DNA from: Macrostomum hystrix
Lineage: Eukaryota; Animalia; Platyhelminthes
Direction: 5' to 3'
Assembly: GCA_950097015.1 (NCBI GenBank)
Contig: CATNEN010000029.1
Coordinates: forward strand, 7,006,001 to 7,070,000
DNA: 64,000 bases
Shown here: piece after piece, positions 24,616-38,920 of the stretch
How the letters are laid out: each line of letters begins with the position of its first letter
Position numbering within the stretch: the stretch's first letter is position 1
The notes under the pieces: model-generated
Seen by the model: the letters and a program-made list of their open reading frames with translations, nothing else
Database searches by the model: none
What the model was told of the DNA's origin: nothing
Program-made: the position numbers and the translations under genes

Positions 24616-26269
24616 CTGTTCAGTGAAATTATAAATTGTTGCGAATTAGGTGTTATTTTAGGCATTGGTCAGGGGTAGTTTTCTAAGAAAGGCATGCGAA
24701 TTGCATTAAACTCAGCAGCATGTCCATCATTCTTCCCCTGTCAGGTGCAACCCAATCTCGGAAAGCAAAGTCGACAAAGTTTCAAAAAATCATAGAGAAA
24801 GCCATTGCATATTTGCTTAGAATAAAAGTGGAAATAAATGCCATCGACAATAGCAAAAATTGTCCAGCTGAGCGGGAGGTGAGCAAATATTTACTCTTTG
24901 GTTAAAAAAAGAAAACGAATGAGGTGAGTTAATTCATTGGGATTGATGGCTTTGTAGTAAAATTCACTGCAGAATATCTGCTTTTAAACAGGCCTCGGGT
25001 GAGACATCTATGTGCTCATAAGAACAGGAGTTCCATGCCTTGCTTGGTTTTTTAATGTATTCTCATAAAAATAACTGCTGCAAAGGTTCGGTGATGGGAA
25101 AAATTTGTGCATTTATGACTTTCGAAGCCTAATACGGTAGTAGGGGATAACTCACATTGCTGCTTTTAAGCCATTTAGTGGGCACATGCGAAGTTTTTTA
25201 ATATCCCATCGTTTAGCTGCACCCCCCTGGATGTCGCGCGTGCCTTTATTATCCCCCTTACTCCCAGTGGAGCTGGGATTCGGGAAGGCAATTGGTCATT
25301 AAAGGTTTATGGCTGAGCGACTTCTGCCGAGTTTTTTTAATCTGAGATTTCTCTGAAATTCACCCAGAGCTCATCGGCCTCACCTTGGCAGCTTCCAGCA
25401 CTCTTTAGCCTGGCCTTGCAATCGCCGTTATTTTCTCCAAAGCACACACCATCATAGCATTATACAGATGCTGGTTCTCTCATTTCGGTTTGAAAAAATA
25501 GGTGCCCCACAAGATTATAACAAGATGTCGGGGAACTGAGATACTGGGGCAGCCAGCAAAGCCTGATTGACAACCGGAGGGGTTGGAAACCAAAGCAGAG
25601 AGAAAGGGGAGATAAGAAACAGGAAAAAAGTTTTTTTGGAAAGCAAAAGCAAAGAAAATGAATAGCCGGATTCCGAGACTGAAGAATCTTATCGGCCCCC
25701 TCATCTCGGAGGCTGGCTTCGCACCCCAGCTAGAGAGATGGGGAAAAACTTACACCAGAACCCCCCCAGAAAACAAACACAGATCAGCGCGAAGTGAAAA
25801 AGCGATTGGAAAAATGAACATTAAGGAGCAAAATATGAGCGCTTAAAATGGTATAAGTTAAATAACAAAGGTACTGGACAGGCAGACAGACAGGGCAAAG
25901 CACTGTGTGTGAGTTTGACAGGAATGACTTTGCCTTATCTGCTGCTGCAAATCATTTACTTTCAAACGCCCCCCCCCGACTGGCTGACTGACTAGCAACT
26001 TTGGATTGTTATGGCAATGTACTTCATCTCATTACTGAGTCATTTAATTGTAAGGAATAAAAAAATACTTTGAACTTGAAAACGATGAGTGCTGAAATTT
26101 AACCAAACCAAACAAAACTATATTTTTCCCGAAACAGAACATTTTGCGGATCAGAAACTAACTAAAAAATGATTTTTTCTGAAAAATCAATACTTTCACT
26201 AGCCGAAATTTTCCGAATTCGCATGATTTCTGAAAATATTTCTGAACATAAATTTTTTTTTTCTTCACC

Positions 26270-27025
26270 CGAAAAACCCGAAACTTCTGAAAAACCCGAA
26301 ACTTCACCAATCCTGAAACTGAAAAACACGAAACTTGACCAATCCTGAAACTGAAAAACACGAAACTTCACCAATCCTGAAACTGAAAAACCCGAAACTT
26401 CACCAATCCTGAAACTAAAAAACCCGAAACTTCACCAATCCTGAAACTGAAAAACACGAAACTTCACCAATCCTGAAACTGAGAAACACGAAACTTCACC
26501 AATCCTGAAACTGAGAAACACGAAACTTCACCAATCCTGAAACTGAGAAACACGAAACTTCACCAATCCCGAAACTGAAAAACCCGAAACTTCACCAATC
26601 CTGAAACTAAAAAACCCGAAACTTCACCAATCCTGAAACTAAAAAACCCGAAACTTCACCAATCCTGAAACTGAAAAACCCGAAACTTCACCAATCCTGA
26701 AACTGAGAAACACGAAACTTCACCAATCCTGAAACTAAAAAACCTGAAACTTCACCAATCCTGAAACTGAGAAACACGAAACTTCACCAATCCTGAAACT
26801 GAGAAACACGAAACTTCACCAATCCTGAAACTGAGAAACACGAAACTTCACCAATCCTGAAACTGAGAAACACGAAACTTCACCAATCCTGAAACTGAAA
26901 AACCCGAAACTTCACCAATCCTGAAACTGAAAAAACACGAAACTTCACCAATTCTGAAACTGAAAAACCCGAAACTTCACCAATCCTGAAACTAAAAAAC
27001 CCGAAACTTCACCAATCCTCAAACA
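26270..27025. repeat. 32-nt minisatellite (CGAAACTTCACCAATCCTGAAACTGAAAAACC)
   Basis: The period of 32 was checked at 26401/26433. Confidence 0.95.
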
Positions 27026-27814
27026 GAAACACGAAATTTAAAGAACACAAGAATTAACCGAACTTTTTTTTCTTAATTTTAATTTCAGCTATATTCACTT
27101 AAAGTTTTATTTCAAAGCAAATAAAAAGGCTTAAAATTGGAAATAAAACTGGGATTTGAACCAAATACAGTGCAGAAAATTAATTGCATTGGCTGTAGTC
27201 CTTGTTTAATCTGCACAATTCAAATCCACGCTCAAGGCGGCGACAATTCTCGGCTCTTGGGTATTACATTTTTATAGTCAGAAAATACTTTAAGACAAAA
27301 TCCTCCTTATAAGCTGAACTGACCCTGAAAGTTTGTTTTACTTGGCAGTTGTGAATGGGTATAGGGGAGTTTTTTTTTCAAATAATTCTTGAAAAAAAAC
27401 TAATTTTTAAAGGCTTGCAAGAAAAAAAATCTGTACCAACCTCAAAAAGCAATTAATTCTGAATTAATAATTGCTCTAGCGCCTAGAAGGGAAAGGCACA
27501 CACTCGTGCCAGACAAACGCGAAGTGGCAAAAAGTTTCAATAAAAATGAATTTAATTGGAAAAAATGTGACCGCATAAAAAGTTTTCACAATCGGAGTTC
27601 TAGAGGGAAGTGAGTGCCAGCCAAGGACAGCTCAACTCCAAGAACTCCGATTTGCTTTGCTAACTGAGGAATGCCTTCGATAGAGGAATGAAATATATTT
27701 GCATTTAGTTCCTTTGAAACGAATAATTGCTAAAGACAATGTTGCAAATATTTTAACACAAAGGCACAAACTTACTCTAGTAATATTTCTGCTGCCAATC
27801 TTAATCATCTAAAA

Positions 27815-29930
27815 ATATCCCTGATGATTTTTCAGGTAACACACGACAATATCCCTGAGGATTGATCAGGTAACACACGACAATATCCCTGAGGATGGAC
27901 CAGATAACACCAGACAATATCCCTGATGATTTATCAGGTAACACACGACAATATCCCTGAGGATTGACCAGGTAACACGCGGCAATATCCCTGAGGATGG
28001 ACCAGATAACACCAGACAATATCCCTGATGATTTATCAGGTAACACACGACAATATCCCTGAGGATGGACCAGATAACACCGGACAATATCCCTGAGGAT
28101 GGACCAGATAACACCAGACAATATCCCTGATGATTTATCAGGTAACACACGACAATATCCCTGAGGATGGACCAGATAACACCGGACAATATCCCTGAGG
28201 ATGGACCAGATAACACCGGAAAATATTCCTGAGGATGGACCAGATAACACCGGACAATATCCCTGAGGATTGACCAGATAACACCGGACAATATCCCTGA
28301 GGATGGACCAGATAACACCGGAAAATATTCCTGAGGATTGACAGGGAACACCGGACAATATCCCTGTGGATTGACAGGGAACACCGGACAATATCCCTGT
28401 GGATTGACAGGGAATTCACCGGACAATATTCCTGAGGATTGACAGGGAACACCGGACAATATCCCTGTGGATTGACAGGGAACACCGGACAATATCCCTG
28501 TGGATTGACAGGGAACACCGGACAACATTCCTGAGGATTGACAGGGAACACCGGACAATATTCCTGAGGATTGACAGGGAATTCACCGGACATTATTCCT
28601 GAGGATTGACCAGGTAAAACCGGACAATTATCCCTGGTGTTGCCCTGGGAACACAAGAGAACACAAGGGAGCGCAGTTGAACCTGAAATGACGTTGATGT
28701 TTCATTGTGGAAGACCACAATTAGCAGAATGAAATATGTCGGGCAGTTTGAGAGCACCAAAAGCTGCTATTGATCGATGCACCAGTAAACAAAAAACTTC
28801 CATGAGAGGCAGCCCGGGAGCTCTCTACAGAGAAATACGACTGTGTTATTATTGTAGCAGTTTCACACTGGTGCCACTTTTAATTACAAAAGCCAATAAA
28901 CTACTGCAGCAGGCTCGGTAGTGTCTGTGATAGCCAGCTTGTGTGTTGTTTTTTCTGCCTATTTCAACTCCGTAATCAGCCCGGCCTGTCCAAACCATTC
29001 CCCTATTTCCGTTGGAGGGTGAAGTTGAGGGTGGCTGGGACAAAAAACTTTATTAAATCTGAGCCAGTCGGATTAACCGGTAAATTTGCTGCTAAATTCC
29101 CATTCACTGCCTCACGCTCTTAGTTTTGGTGTAGAAATTTGATTGCGAATGAAAGAAACACAATCATATTAATAATAACAATCAAGTGAGCACCGCTTTT
29201 GTTTCTGCTTCTGACAATGTGCTCCGGGCCGTCATCTGGAGGCTTCCGGCTTTGAAGGAAAGAATTGATAGAATTAATGAGCAAAAATTGATCATCTCTG
29301 GTTGGATTCATGCTGCAGTTTGAACCCACCGACAACTAGGATACATGTCTGGTCACTTTTCTGGTCATTATTAAAAAGTTTGATATCTTTGCGTTCATTC
29401 CTGTCAGCCACCTGGCGTGAAATTTTCGAACCTGTCAACATTAGGAACGCTTTTCAGTGTTCCCTGGTCAGCATCCGGATATTGACCGGTGTTACCTGAT
29501 CAATCCTCAGGGATATTTTCGTGTGTTCGCTGGTCCATCCTCAGAGATATTGTCCGGTGTTATCTGGTCAATCCTCAGGGATATTGTCCGGTGTTATCTG
29601 GTCAATCCTCAGGGATATTTTCGTGTGTTCGCTGGTCCATCCTCAGGGACATTGTCCAGTGTTATCTGATCAATCCTCAGGGATATTGTCTGGTGTTATC
29701 TGGTCAATCTTTAGGGATATTGTCCGGTGTTATCTGGTCAATCCTCAGGGATATTGTCTGGTGTTATCTGGTCAATCCTCAGGGATATTGTCTGGTGTTA
29801 TCTGGTCTATCCTCAGGGATATTGTCCGGTGTTACCTGGTCAATCATTGGATATTGTCGTGTGTTCGCTGGTCAATCCTCAGGGATATTGTCGGGTGTTA
29901 CCTGGCCAATCCTCAGGGATATTGTCGGGT
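27815..29930. mobile_element. Foldback-like structure: two inverted arrays of a 34-nt unit flanking an ~800-nt non-coding core
   Basis: The left array 27815-28645 has unit GACAATATCCCTGAGGATGGACCAGATAACACCG. The right array 29455-29930 has unit CTCAGGGATATTGTCCGGTGTTATCTGGTCAATC, its reverse complement. The inner degenerate ends also match in inverted orientation. No TSD was identified, so the repeat structure is certain but mobility is inferred. Confidence 0.7.
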
Positions 29931-31344
29931 TTTCTCTGCGTTTCGCTAAAGTTTCAGGACTAGACTAGTGAGACCTTTGGTGTTAAATAGGTGTTAATAA
30001 TCAGTCCCTGTTTCAAGGCCAAGCAAGACAAACCCATGAAAGTATAGCCAGACCTGCATAGTTTAGCCAACTCTAGAAAATCAAATCAAAGAAATAACTA
30101 GAAGAGAACAGACACGGCTAGATCATTAACGAGCCGCGAGAAACAAAATGTGAAATTTTGCAGCGTCACTTAAAAAAGCTATAGCGAATTCCGTAGCCAA
30201 GCCCAACAACGATCCAAAGCGACTTAAATTTGGCTCATGAATAAATCATGAAATAACACTTTTCATTTCAAAAAAAGAGAGCGAAAGAGAAAGGAAGTTT
30301 CTTGAAAAAAATAGAGACAAGCTGAGCTAAGAACTCAGGTCGGACTCGCTGTGCACAGGAAGTCATAAGGCCCCTTTTTCTGTGGTCCAAATTTATGGAA
30401 AATAATTTCTGTTCATTAGTGTTTTTTTAGACAAAAAAAGCGGAAGTTAATGCCCACGTTGTCAAGGTGTTGTTTGGGCAATTGGAAATATCATATTTCT
30501 AGCCACAATTTTGCTTTGTGAACCAAGGAAAAACTTCTTAATTTATTTGTTATAATCTTTATTGATTCTAGAATGTTTCTTAGAATCGGGTAGCCGTGCA
30601 TTGTGCGTTGCTGATTGACAAAGAAATCATTAAACTATTTTGTAGGAGCTAGCAATAACCCCGAACTGCGAATTTCAAGTTTTTGAGCTTGAAGAAGACG
30701 AATTAAAGTCAAAGAGAAAAAACTGCTAGCTGACTGCCATGGTAGAAAAGAGATATTGTTGAGGCCAAAGTTAGTCGAAAAAATTGTCATAATTCAAGCA
30801 CTCAATCAAACATTATAAATGTTGGTCTTCAATTTCCTGTAGCTGACACGGACGTTATAGGTATCGGGACCGCTGTTCCAATTGAATTCAGACCCAAGAC
30901 CTTAGCCAACGAACTCATGATAAAGACCTGGAGAGTGACAATGCTTGAATCGAATGTCGAGTCAAGTGTGGACCATCGAGAAATCCACCCCCATTTAACA
31001 TTGTTCCCGTCTCACATTCTATACCACACTCCTCGTCTGCCTATTATTTTTGTTCAGGATTTTGAAAGCTCTTGCTCTATAGGGGTGTGTGTTAAATAAG
31101 CCAATTTAAAAGCACCTTCCATTGCTAGCTAGCTACACCTGCTTTTTATAGTCAATGCTGATACTGGGGGTGTCTTCCTAGACGCTTTTTGAAGGGCCGT
31201 GCAATGAATTGCCGATTGTCTTGTTAAGTGGTCTTTAAAAATTTAGACGAGAACTTTTGCTTTTTGTAATAGCTAGCTAATAACTCTTTAGTGTTACTTG
31301 TCAGCTATACGATCGGTACGTTATTAAATTAGTTCGTTACATCA

Positions 31345-32390
31345 CTCTACTCTCGTAGTCTCACCCTGCCTCTCGTGGTGTCACCCTACCTCTCGTGGTC
31401 TTACCCTACCTATCGTGGTGTCACCCTACCTCTCGTGGTCTCACCCTACCTATCGTGGTGTCACCCTACCTCTCGTGGTGTCACCCTATCTCTCGTGGTG
31501 TCACCCTACCTCTCGTGGTGTCACCCTACCTCTCGTGGTCTTACCCTACCTCTCGTGGTGTCACCCTACCTCTCGTGGTGTCACCCTACCTCTCGTGGTG
31601 TCACCCTACCTCTCGTGGTCTCACCCTACCTATCGTGGTGTCACCCTACCTCTCGTGGTGTCACCCTATCTCTCGTGGTGTCACCCTACCTCTCGTAGTG
31701 TCACCCTACCTCTCGTGGTGTCACCCTATCTCTCGTGGTGTCACCCTACCTCTCGTAGTGTCACCCTACCTCTCGTGGTGTCACCCTATCTCTCGAGGTC
31801 TTACCCTACCTCTCGTGGTGTCACCCTACCTCTCGTGGTGTCACCCTATCTCTCGTGGTGTCACCCTACCTCTCGTAGTGTCACCCTACCTCTCGTGGTG
31901 TCACCCTACCTCTCGTGGTCTTACCCTACCTCTCGTGGTGTCACCCTACCTCTCGTGGTGTCACCCTACCTCTCGTGGTGTCACCCTACCTCTCGTGGTC
32001 TCACCCTACCTATCGTGGTGTCACCCTACCTCTCGTGGTGTCACCCTATCTCTCGTGGTGTCACCCTACCTCTCGTAGTGTCACCCTACCTCTCGTGGTG
32101 TCACCCTATCTCTCGTGGTGTCACCCTACCTCTCGTAGTGTCACCCTACCTCTCGTGGTGTCACCCTATCTCTCGTGGTGTCACCCTACCTCTCGTGGTG
32201 TCACCCTACCTCTCGTGGTGTCACCCTATCTCTCGTGGTGTCACCCTACCTCTCGTAGTGTCACCCTACCTCTCGTGGTGTCACCCTACCTCTCGTGGTG
32301 TCACCCTACCTCTCGTGGTGTCACCCTACCTCTCGTGGTGTCACCCTACCTCTCGTGGTGTCACCCTACCTCTCGTGGTGTCACCCTTAA
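31345..32390. repeat. 20-nt minisatellite (TCACCCTACCTCTCGTGGTG), ~52 copies
   Basis: An exact 20-nt period is visible in the column alignment. Confidence 0.97.
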
Positions 32391-32504
32391 CTTAGGACTC
32401 TAATTAAGGTAGAATTCTGGATAGCTCACAGGCGAAATTGTAGAGTCCCAGTGCATCAGATACGGACACGGCTGCTGGTCTGGACAATTCGTAAGCCTCC
32501 GTAC

Positions 32505-32511
32505 CTTCCAT
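32505..32511 (-). CDS. Probable first coding micro-exon (ATG GAA G) of the zinc-finger gene
   Basis: The minus strand reads ..GCCGATCATCACA ATG GAA G|gtacgg. The phase-1 donor fits the phase-1 acceptor at 24615 (G+GT AAC AGT = MEGNSLWSQQ). It was chosen by phase and context only. Confidence 0.5.
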
Positions 32512-33084
32512 TGTGATGATCGGCGGCTGCTGATGCTTTGGATTTCAGGAAAAAATATCCGAATTCTTTTTTTTTACAGTTACTTTGTGCGGTCAGTTTC
32601 CTAGCAACAAAAATATCTATCCACCTTTCTTATTTTATAGATCGTGTTTTAATCTCAAGTTGGCTTGTATTTAGTATTTTTCAATCCCAAACTCCCCTCC
32701 TCAACTGAGGTGGCTCGGAGGCGGGTGGGTGTGTCAAGCGGAGTAAAATCATTGGCTAGGAAGACCCCACTGACTTAACTGCAGTGAATCAGCCGAAACT
32801 TAGTGGCCACCGCCACCCCACACCTTTCACAGCAGCGCACTGAACAGTTGAGTGTGTAAATGCGTGTTTTTCTTTCACCAATCACCCACCCCACCACCCT
32901 TCGATGTTCCATGCTGTGATTTCATACACCAATCAACAATAACAGGATCCACAAAGCGTCAAGACATTGAACTCTTCATCGTTTCATTATTTCTACACAG
33001 AAGTAAAAACACAATCCATTATATTAGGAAATAGGCAGTAAAAACGACAAGAAACTATTTTTATCCGAACCAGGCCAACGCTCT

Positions 33085-35370
33085 CTTATGCCATCTCCCA
33101 TTCTCTCTTATGCCATCTCCCATTCTCTCTCTTATGCCATCTCCCATTCTCTCTTATGCCATATCCCATTCTCTCTTATGCCATCTCCCATTCTCTCTTA
33201 TGCCATCTCCCATTCTCTCTTATGCCATCTCCCATTCTCTCTTATGCCATCTCCCATTCTCTCTTATGCCATATCCCATTCTCTCTTATGCCATCTCCCA
33301 TTCTCTCTCTTATGCCCTATCCCATTCTCTCTTATGCCATCTCCCATTCTCTCTCTTATGCCATATCCCATTCTCTCTTATGCCATCTCCCATTCTATCT
33401 CTTATGCCATATCCCATTCTCTCTTATGCCATCTCCCATTCTCTCTCTCTCTTATGCCATCTCCCATTCTCTCTCTCTCTTATGCCATCTCCCATTCTCT
33501 CTTATGCCCTCTTCCATTCTCTCTCTCTCTTATGCCATCTCCCATTCTCTCTTATGCCATATCCCATTCTCTCTTATGCCATCTCCCATTCTCTCTCTCT
33601 CTTATGCCATCTCCCATTCTCTCTCTCTCTTATGCCATCTCCCATTCTCTCTTATGCCCTCTTCCATTCTCTCTCTCTCTTATGCCATCTCCCATTCTCT
33701 CTTATGCCATCTCCCATTCTCTCTCTCTCTCTTATGCCATCTCCCATTCTCTCTTATGCCATCTCCCATTCTCTCTCTCTCTTATGCCATCTCCCATTCT
33801 CTCTTATGCCATATCCCATTCTCTCTTATGCCATCTCCCATTCTCTCTCTCTCTTATGCCATCTCCCATTCTCTCTCTCTCTTATGCCATCTCCCATTCT
33901 CTCTTATGCCCTCTTCCATTCTCTCTCTCTCTTATGCCATCTCCCATTCTCTCTTATGCCATCTCCCATTCTCTCTCTCTCTTATGCCATATCCCATTCT
34001 CTCTTATGCCATCTCCCATTCTCTCTCTCTCTCTTATGCCATATCCCATTCTCTCTCTCTCTTATGCCATCTCCCATTCTCTCTTATGCCCTCTTCCATT
34101 CTCTCTCTCTCTTATGCCATCTCCCATTCTCTCTTATGCCATCTCCCATTCTCTCTCTCTCTTATGCCATATCCCATTCTCTCTTATGCCATCTCCCATT
34201 CTCTCTCTCTCTCTTATGCCATATCCCATTCTCTCTTATGCCATCTCCCATTCTCTCTCTCTCTTATGCCATCTCCCATTCTCTCTTATGCCATCTCCCA
34301 TTCTCTCTCTCTCTTATGCCATCTCCCATTCTCTCTTATGCCATCTCCCATTCTCTCTCTCTCTTATGCCATCTCCCATTCTCTCTTATGCCATCTCCCA
34401 TTCTCTCTCTCTCTTATGCCATCTCCCATTCTCTCTTATGCCCTCTTCCATTCTCTCTCTCTCTTATGCCATCTCCCATTCTCTCTTATGCCATCTCCCA
34501 TTCTCTCTCTCTCTTATGCCATCTCCCATTCTCTCTCTCTCTTATGCCATATCCCATTCTCTCTTATGCCATCTCCCATTCTCTCTCTCTCTCTTATGCC
34601 ATATCCCATTCTCTCTTATGCCATCTCCCATTCTCTCTCTCTCTCTTATGCCATATCCCATTCTCTCTCTCTCTTATGCCATCTCCCATTCTCTCTTATG
34701 CCATCTCCCATTCTCTCTCTCTCTCTTATGCCATATCCCATTCTCTCTCTCTTATGCCATCTCCCATTCTCTCTTATGCCATCTTCCATTCTCTCTCTCT
34801 TATGCCATCTCCCATTCTCTCTTATGCCATCTTCCATTCTCTCTCTTATGCCATCTCCCATTCTCTCTTAGGCCATCTTCCATTCTCTCTCTCTCTTATG
34901 CCATCTCCCATTCTCTCTCTCTCTAATGCCATCTCCCATTCTCTCTCTCTAATGCCATCTCCCATTCTCTCTCTCTCTAATGCCATCTCCCATTCTCTCT
35001 CTCTCTAATGCCATCTCCCATTCTCTCTCTCTAATGCCATCTCCCATTCTCTCTCTCTCTAATGCCATCTCCCATTCTCTCTCTCTAATGCCATCTCCCA
35101 TTCTCTCTCTCTAATGCCGTCTCCCATTCTCTCTCTAATGCCATCTCCCATTCTCTCTCTAATGCCATCTCCCATTCTCTCTCTAATGCCATCTCCCATT
35201 CTCTCTCTCTAATGCCATCTCCCATTCTCTCTCTCTAATGCCATCTCCCATTATCTCTCTCTAATGCCATCTCCCATTCTCTCTCTCTAATGCCATCTCC
35301 CATTCTCTCTCTCTAATGCCATCTCCCATTCTCTCTCTCTAATGCCGTCTCCCATTCTCTCTCTCTAGCT
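33085..35370. repeat. Compound pyrimidine-rich array: TATGCCATCTCCCATT plus a variable (CT)n tract
   Basis: Units are ~22-34 nt and differ in CT number. The CTTATG variant switches to CTAATG after ~34920. It generates the 570-630 aa pseudo-ORFs. Confidence 0.97.
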
Positions 35371-36149
35371 ATACGCTCGTATCTCTCCCTCTGTTGTTAG
35401 AGCTCTATATTTGACACTTTACTCATTTGAATTCTTCAGTTCTTCCCTATTCGAAGCCCCTTGGCCAAATGTAAATCATCCAGCCAAGTTATTAATTAAA
35501 AAAACTCCAAATTTGTAGTCCTTTCCCGCATAATTTTATCCCCCAGATTATTCATTCGAACATTCAGTTGCCACTTTCTTTATCCCATGAATTCATTTTT
35601 CTTGCTAAACCCACCCCCCCGATGCGATCTTCCCAAAAGAATAAAGGATGGGTAAGTATAGACTGGGGCTGGAAGGGATCACTACGGAGGCGGAGACGAC
35701 CACCTGGCAACTAAAATCTAACAAGCCTGCACGGTGACTGACTTTCACCATCAACATCCTTTTTTGTTGTTAAAGCTAAAACTTATAAAGAGTGAAAAAC
35801 AGACAGTGAAATTTTCCAATTGACCCACTTTCCTTGCCTGTCTCGTGCGAGCCTTCCCAAAGCTGTTCTTGACTTTATCTTATAAGGAATAACTCTACAT
35901 AGATGGTTTCGTCATTAAAAATACGGCAAAACGCAAGATTTAAGGCACGCAAGCTGGTAGATGTGAGTGAGATAGCGACAGACTGCCGCCCTTATAATTA
36001 ATTTGAAACCCGAATGGCAGCCATCAATTCGACTGTCAGACAAAGGAATAATGTTGCCAATAATAATATTAATGCTATCCATTAATAGCTAGAGAGACAT
36101 GGCACAAAAACACATCTAACAAGAGGACCAGAAAGTCTGTGTACAACTG

Positions 36150-36240
36150 TTCAGTCCGTGGACTGGAGAGGCCAACACGCCCACACAAATTTCTACCCCC
36201 AGCTGATGCTGATACCTATTCCACAGCTAGTTTGACTACC
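36150..36240 (-). mobile_element. 3' fragment of family-A SINE
   Basis: The reverse complement reads GGTATCAGCATCAGCTGGGGTAG..CCAGTCCACGGACTGAACAG, matching 23035-23100. Confidence 0.55.
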
Positions 36241-36294
36241 GACCTGTCAGACAGATCAACAGATTTAACTATGTCCTAAATTGAAATCTACAGA

Positions 36295-36695
36295 TTCTAT
36301 AGAAATCCATAGATTCATATATAGAGATTCGCTGATTCATATCTAGAGATTCGCGGATTGATATCTAGAGATACGAGGCTTCCGATCTAGAGATTCGCGG
36401 ATTCATATCTAGAGATTCGCGGATTCATATCTAGAGATTCGTAAGATTCATATCTAGAGATTTCCGGATTCATATCTAGAGATTTCCGGATTCATATCTA
36501 TCGATTCAAGGATTCCGACCTAGAGAGAAAAATCTCTAGATCCTTCATATCTATCGATTCAAGGATTCCGATCTAGAGATTCGTGGATTCATATCTAGAG
36601 ATTCGTAAGATTCATATCTAGAAATTCGCGGATTCATATCTAGACTTTCCCAGATTCATATCTATCGATTCGAGGATTCCGATCTAGAGATTCGC
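36295..36695. repeat. Degenerate 22-nt minisatellite (GATTCATATCTAGAGATTCGCG)
   Basis: Repeated ATCTAGAGATTC cores. Confidence 0.9.
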
Positions 36696-37574
36696 ACATT
36701 CATGGATTCATGGATGGTGATTTGTTTCGCCATTTGAGATTAAGTTTATGGTTTTTAATGCTTGAAATATCTTTATTTTTGTAATTCACATTTTTAACTT
36801 GAGTCCCAGTTCTGCGTGAAGGCATATTAAATTAAAGGATTTTTTGTTAAAACCTCCAACACGACGCTGTTTTACAATCCTAATGAATTTTGCATGCCAA
36901 ATTTCTCTTTTTAGTGTGGATTTAAAATAATTCAACGCAAATAAACACTTATTTTATAAGAAATTAGTCGGAAACACTGAATGCAGGAAAATCTGAAACT
37001 AAAGCTACAAATTCTATAAAAAAAGCTATGGATAAGATGGGATCCGAAATAGTTGATCCAGGATGGAAGACCTCCCCGCACATGCCACATAACCAAGGCA
37101 ATGAAATGACGGCCGGCTTTAAACAAGACCCGAATATTTACATCTCCGTGGAGACACTGCTTTGCCCATCAGTTCCAACCCTGCCTGTCTCTGTGTCTGC
37201 CCGTATATCCAGTCTCTTCGCGTAGCTGGGGGAATTTTCAGTCATAATTTAAATTTAGGACGCCGCTGTGTCCGGCCCCGCAAAAATTTCAGAGACAGAA
37301 ATTTTTCCTGCTCGGCCGCCTGTCTGCCTGTATCTGCCTTTCTTTCTCTCTCTTCTCTCTTCTCTCTTAATATTTCGATTCCCGCCGACTTGGCTAATGG
37401 AAGCTTTGAAACAGGCCCAGCCCTCTGCGCGCCAACCAGCCCCCCCAAACAACCATTTTTTGCTTTTAATTTCAAGTTTTATGCTCCCATCGCGATACGC
37501 GTCTGGCTGTTGGCTCTCGCAAACTTGCATACCTTGCGAACCAGATTCAGAAATAAGCCTGCGGGCTACAGTCA

Positions 37575-38920
37575 GTGAGACAGCGGAGAGATGAGACAGC
37601 GGAGAGATGAGACAGCGGAGAGATGAGACAGCGGAGAGATGAGACAGCGGAGAGATGAGACAGCGGAGAGATGAGACAGCGGAGAGATGAGACAGCGGAG
37701 AGATGAGACAGCGGAGAGATGAGACAGTGAGAGATGAGACAGTGAGAGATGAGACAGTGAGAGATGAGACAGTGAGAGATGAGACAGTGAGAGATGAGAC
37801 AGTGAGAGATGAGACAGTGAGAGATGAGACAATGAGAGATGAGACAGTGAGAGATGAGACAGTGAGAGATGAGACAGTGAGAGATGAGACAGTGAGAGAT
37901 GAGACAGCGGAGAGATGAGACAGTGAGAGATGAGACAGGGGAGAGATGAGACAGTGAGAGATGAGACAGTGAGAGATGAGACAGTGAGAGATGAGACAGT
38001 GAGAGATGAGACAGCGGAGAGATGAGACAGCGGAGAGATGAGACAGTGAGAGATGAGACAGTGAGAGATGAGACAGCGGAGAGATGAGACAGTGAGAGAT
38101 GAGACAGTGAGAGATGAGACAGCGGAGAGATGAGACAGTGAGAGATGAGACAGGTGAGAGATGAGACGGTGAGAGATGAGACAGTGAGAGATGAGACAGT
38201 GAGAGATGAGACAGTGAGAGATGAGACAGTGAGAGATGAGACAGTGAGAGATGAGACAGTGAGAGATGAGACAGTGAGAGATGAGACAGTGAGAGATGAG
38301 ACAGTGAGAGATGAGACAGTGAGAGATGAGACAGTGAGAGATGAGACAGTGAGAGATGAGACAGTGAGAGATGAGACAGCGGAGAGATGAGACAGCGGAG
38401 AGATGAGACAGTGAGAGATGAGACAGTGAGAGATGAGACAGCGGAGAGATGAGACAGTGAGAGATGAGACAGTGAGAGATGAGACAGTGAGAGATGAGAC
38501 AGTGAGAGATGAGACAGCGGAGAGATGAGACAGTGAGAGATGAGACAGTGAGAGATGAGACAGCGGAGAGATGAGACAGTGAGAGATGAGACAGGTGAGA
38601 GATGAGACGGTGAGAGATGAGACGGTGAGAGATGAGACAGTGAGAGATGAGACAGTGAGAGATGAGACAGTGAGAGATGAGACAGTGAGAGATGAGACAG
38701 TGAGAGATGAGACAGTGAGAGATGAGACAGGGGAGAGATGAGACAGTGAGAGATGAGACAGTGAGAGATGAGACAGTGAGAGATGAGACAGTGAGAGATG
38801 AGACAGCGGAGAGATGAGACAGCGGAGAGATGAGACAGTGAGAGATGAGACAGGTGAGAGATGAGACAGTGAGAGATGAGACAGTGAGAGATGAGACAGT
38901 GAGAGATGAGACAGGGGAGA
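37575..38920. repeat. 15-nt purine-rich minisatellite (GAGACAGTGAGAGAT / GAGACAGCGGAGAGAT), ~88 copies
   Basis: Read directly. It gives the DETVR pseudo-ORFs. Confidence 0.97.

Noticed and set aside
33088-35008. ORFs of 571-632 aa, the longest in the track
   Set aside because: These are frame-shifted readings of a CT-rich tandem array, with no splice or compositional support.
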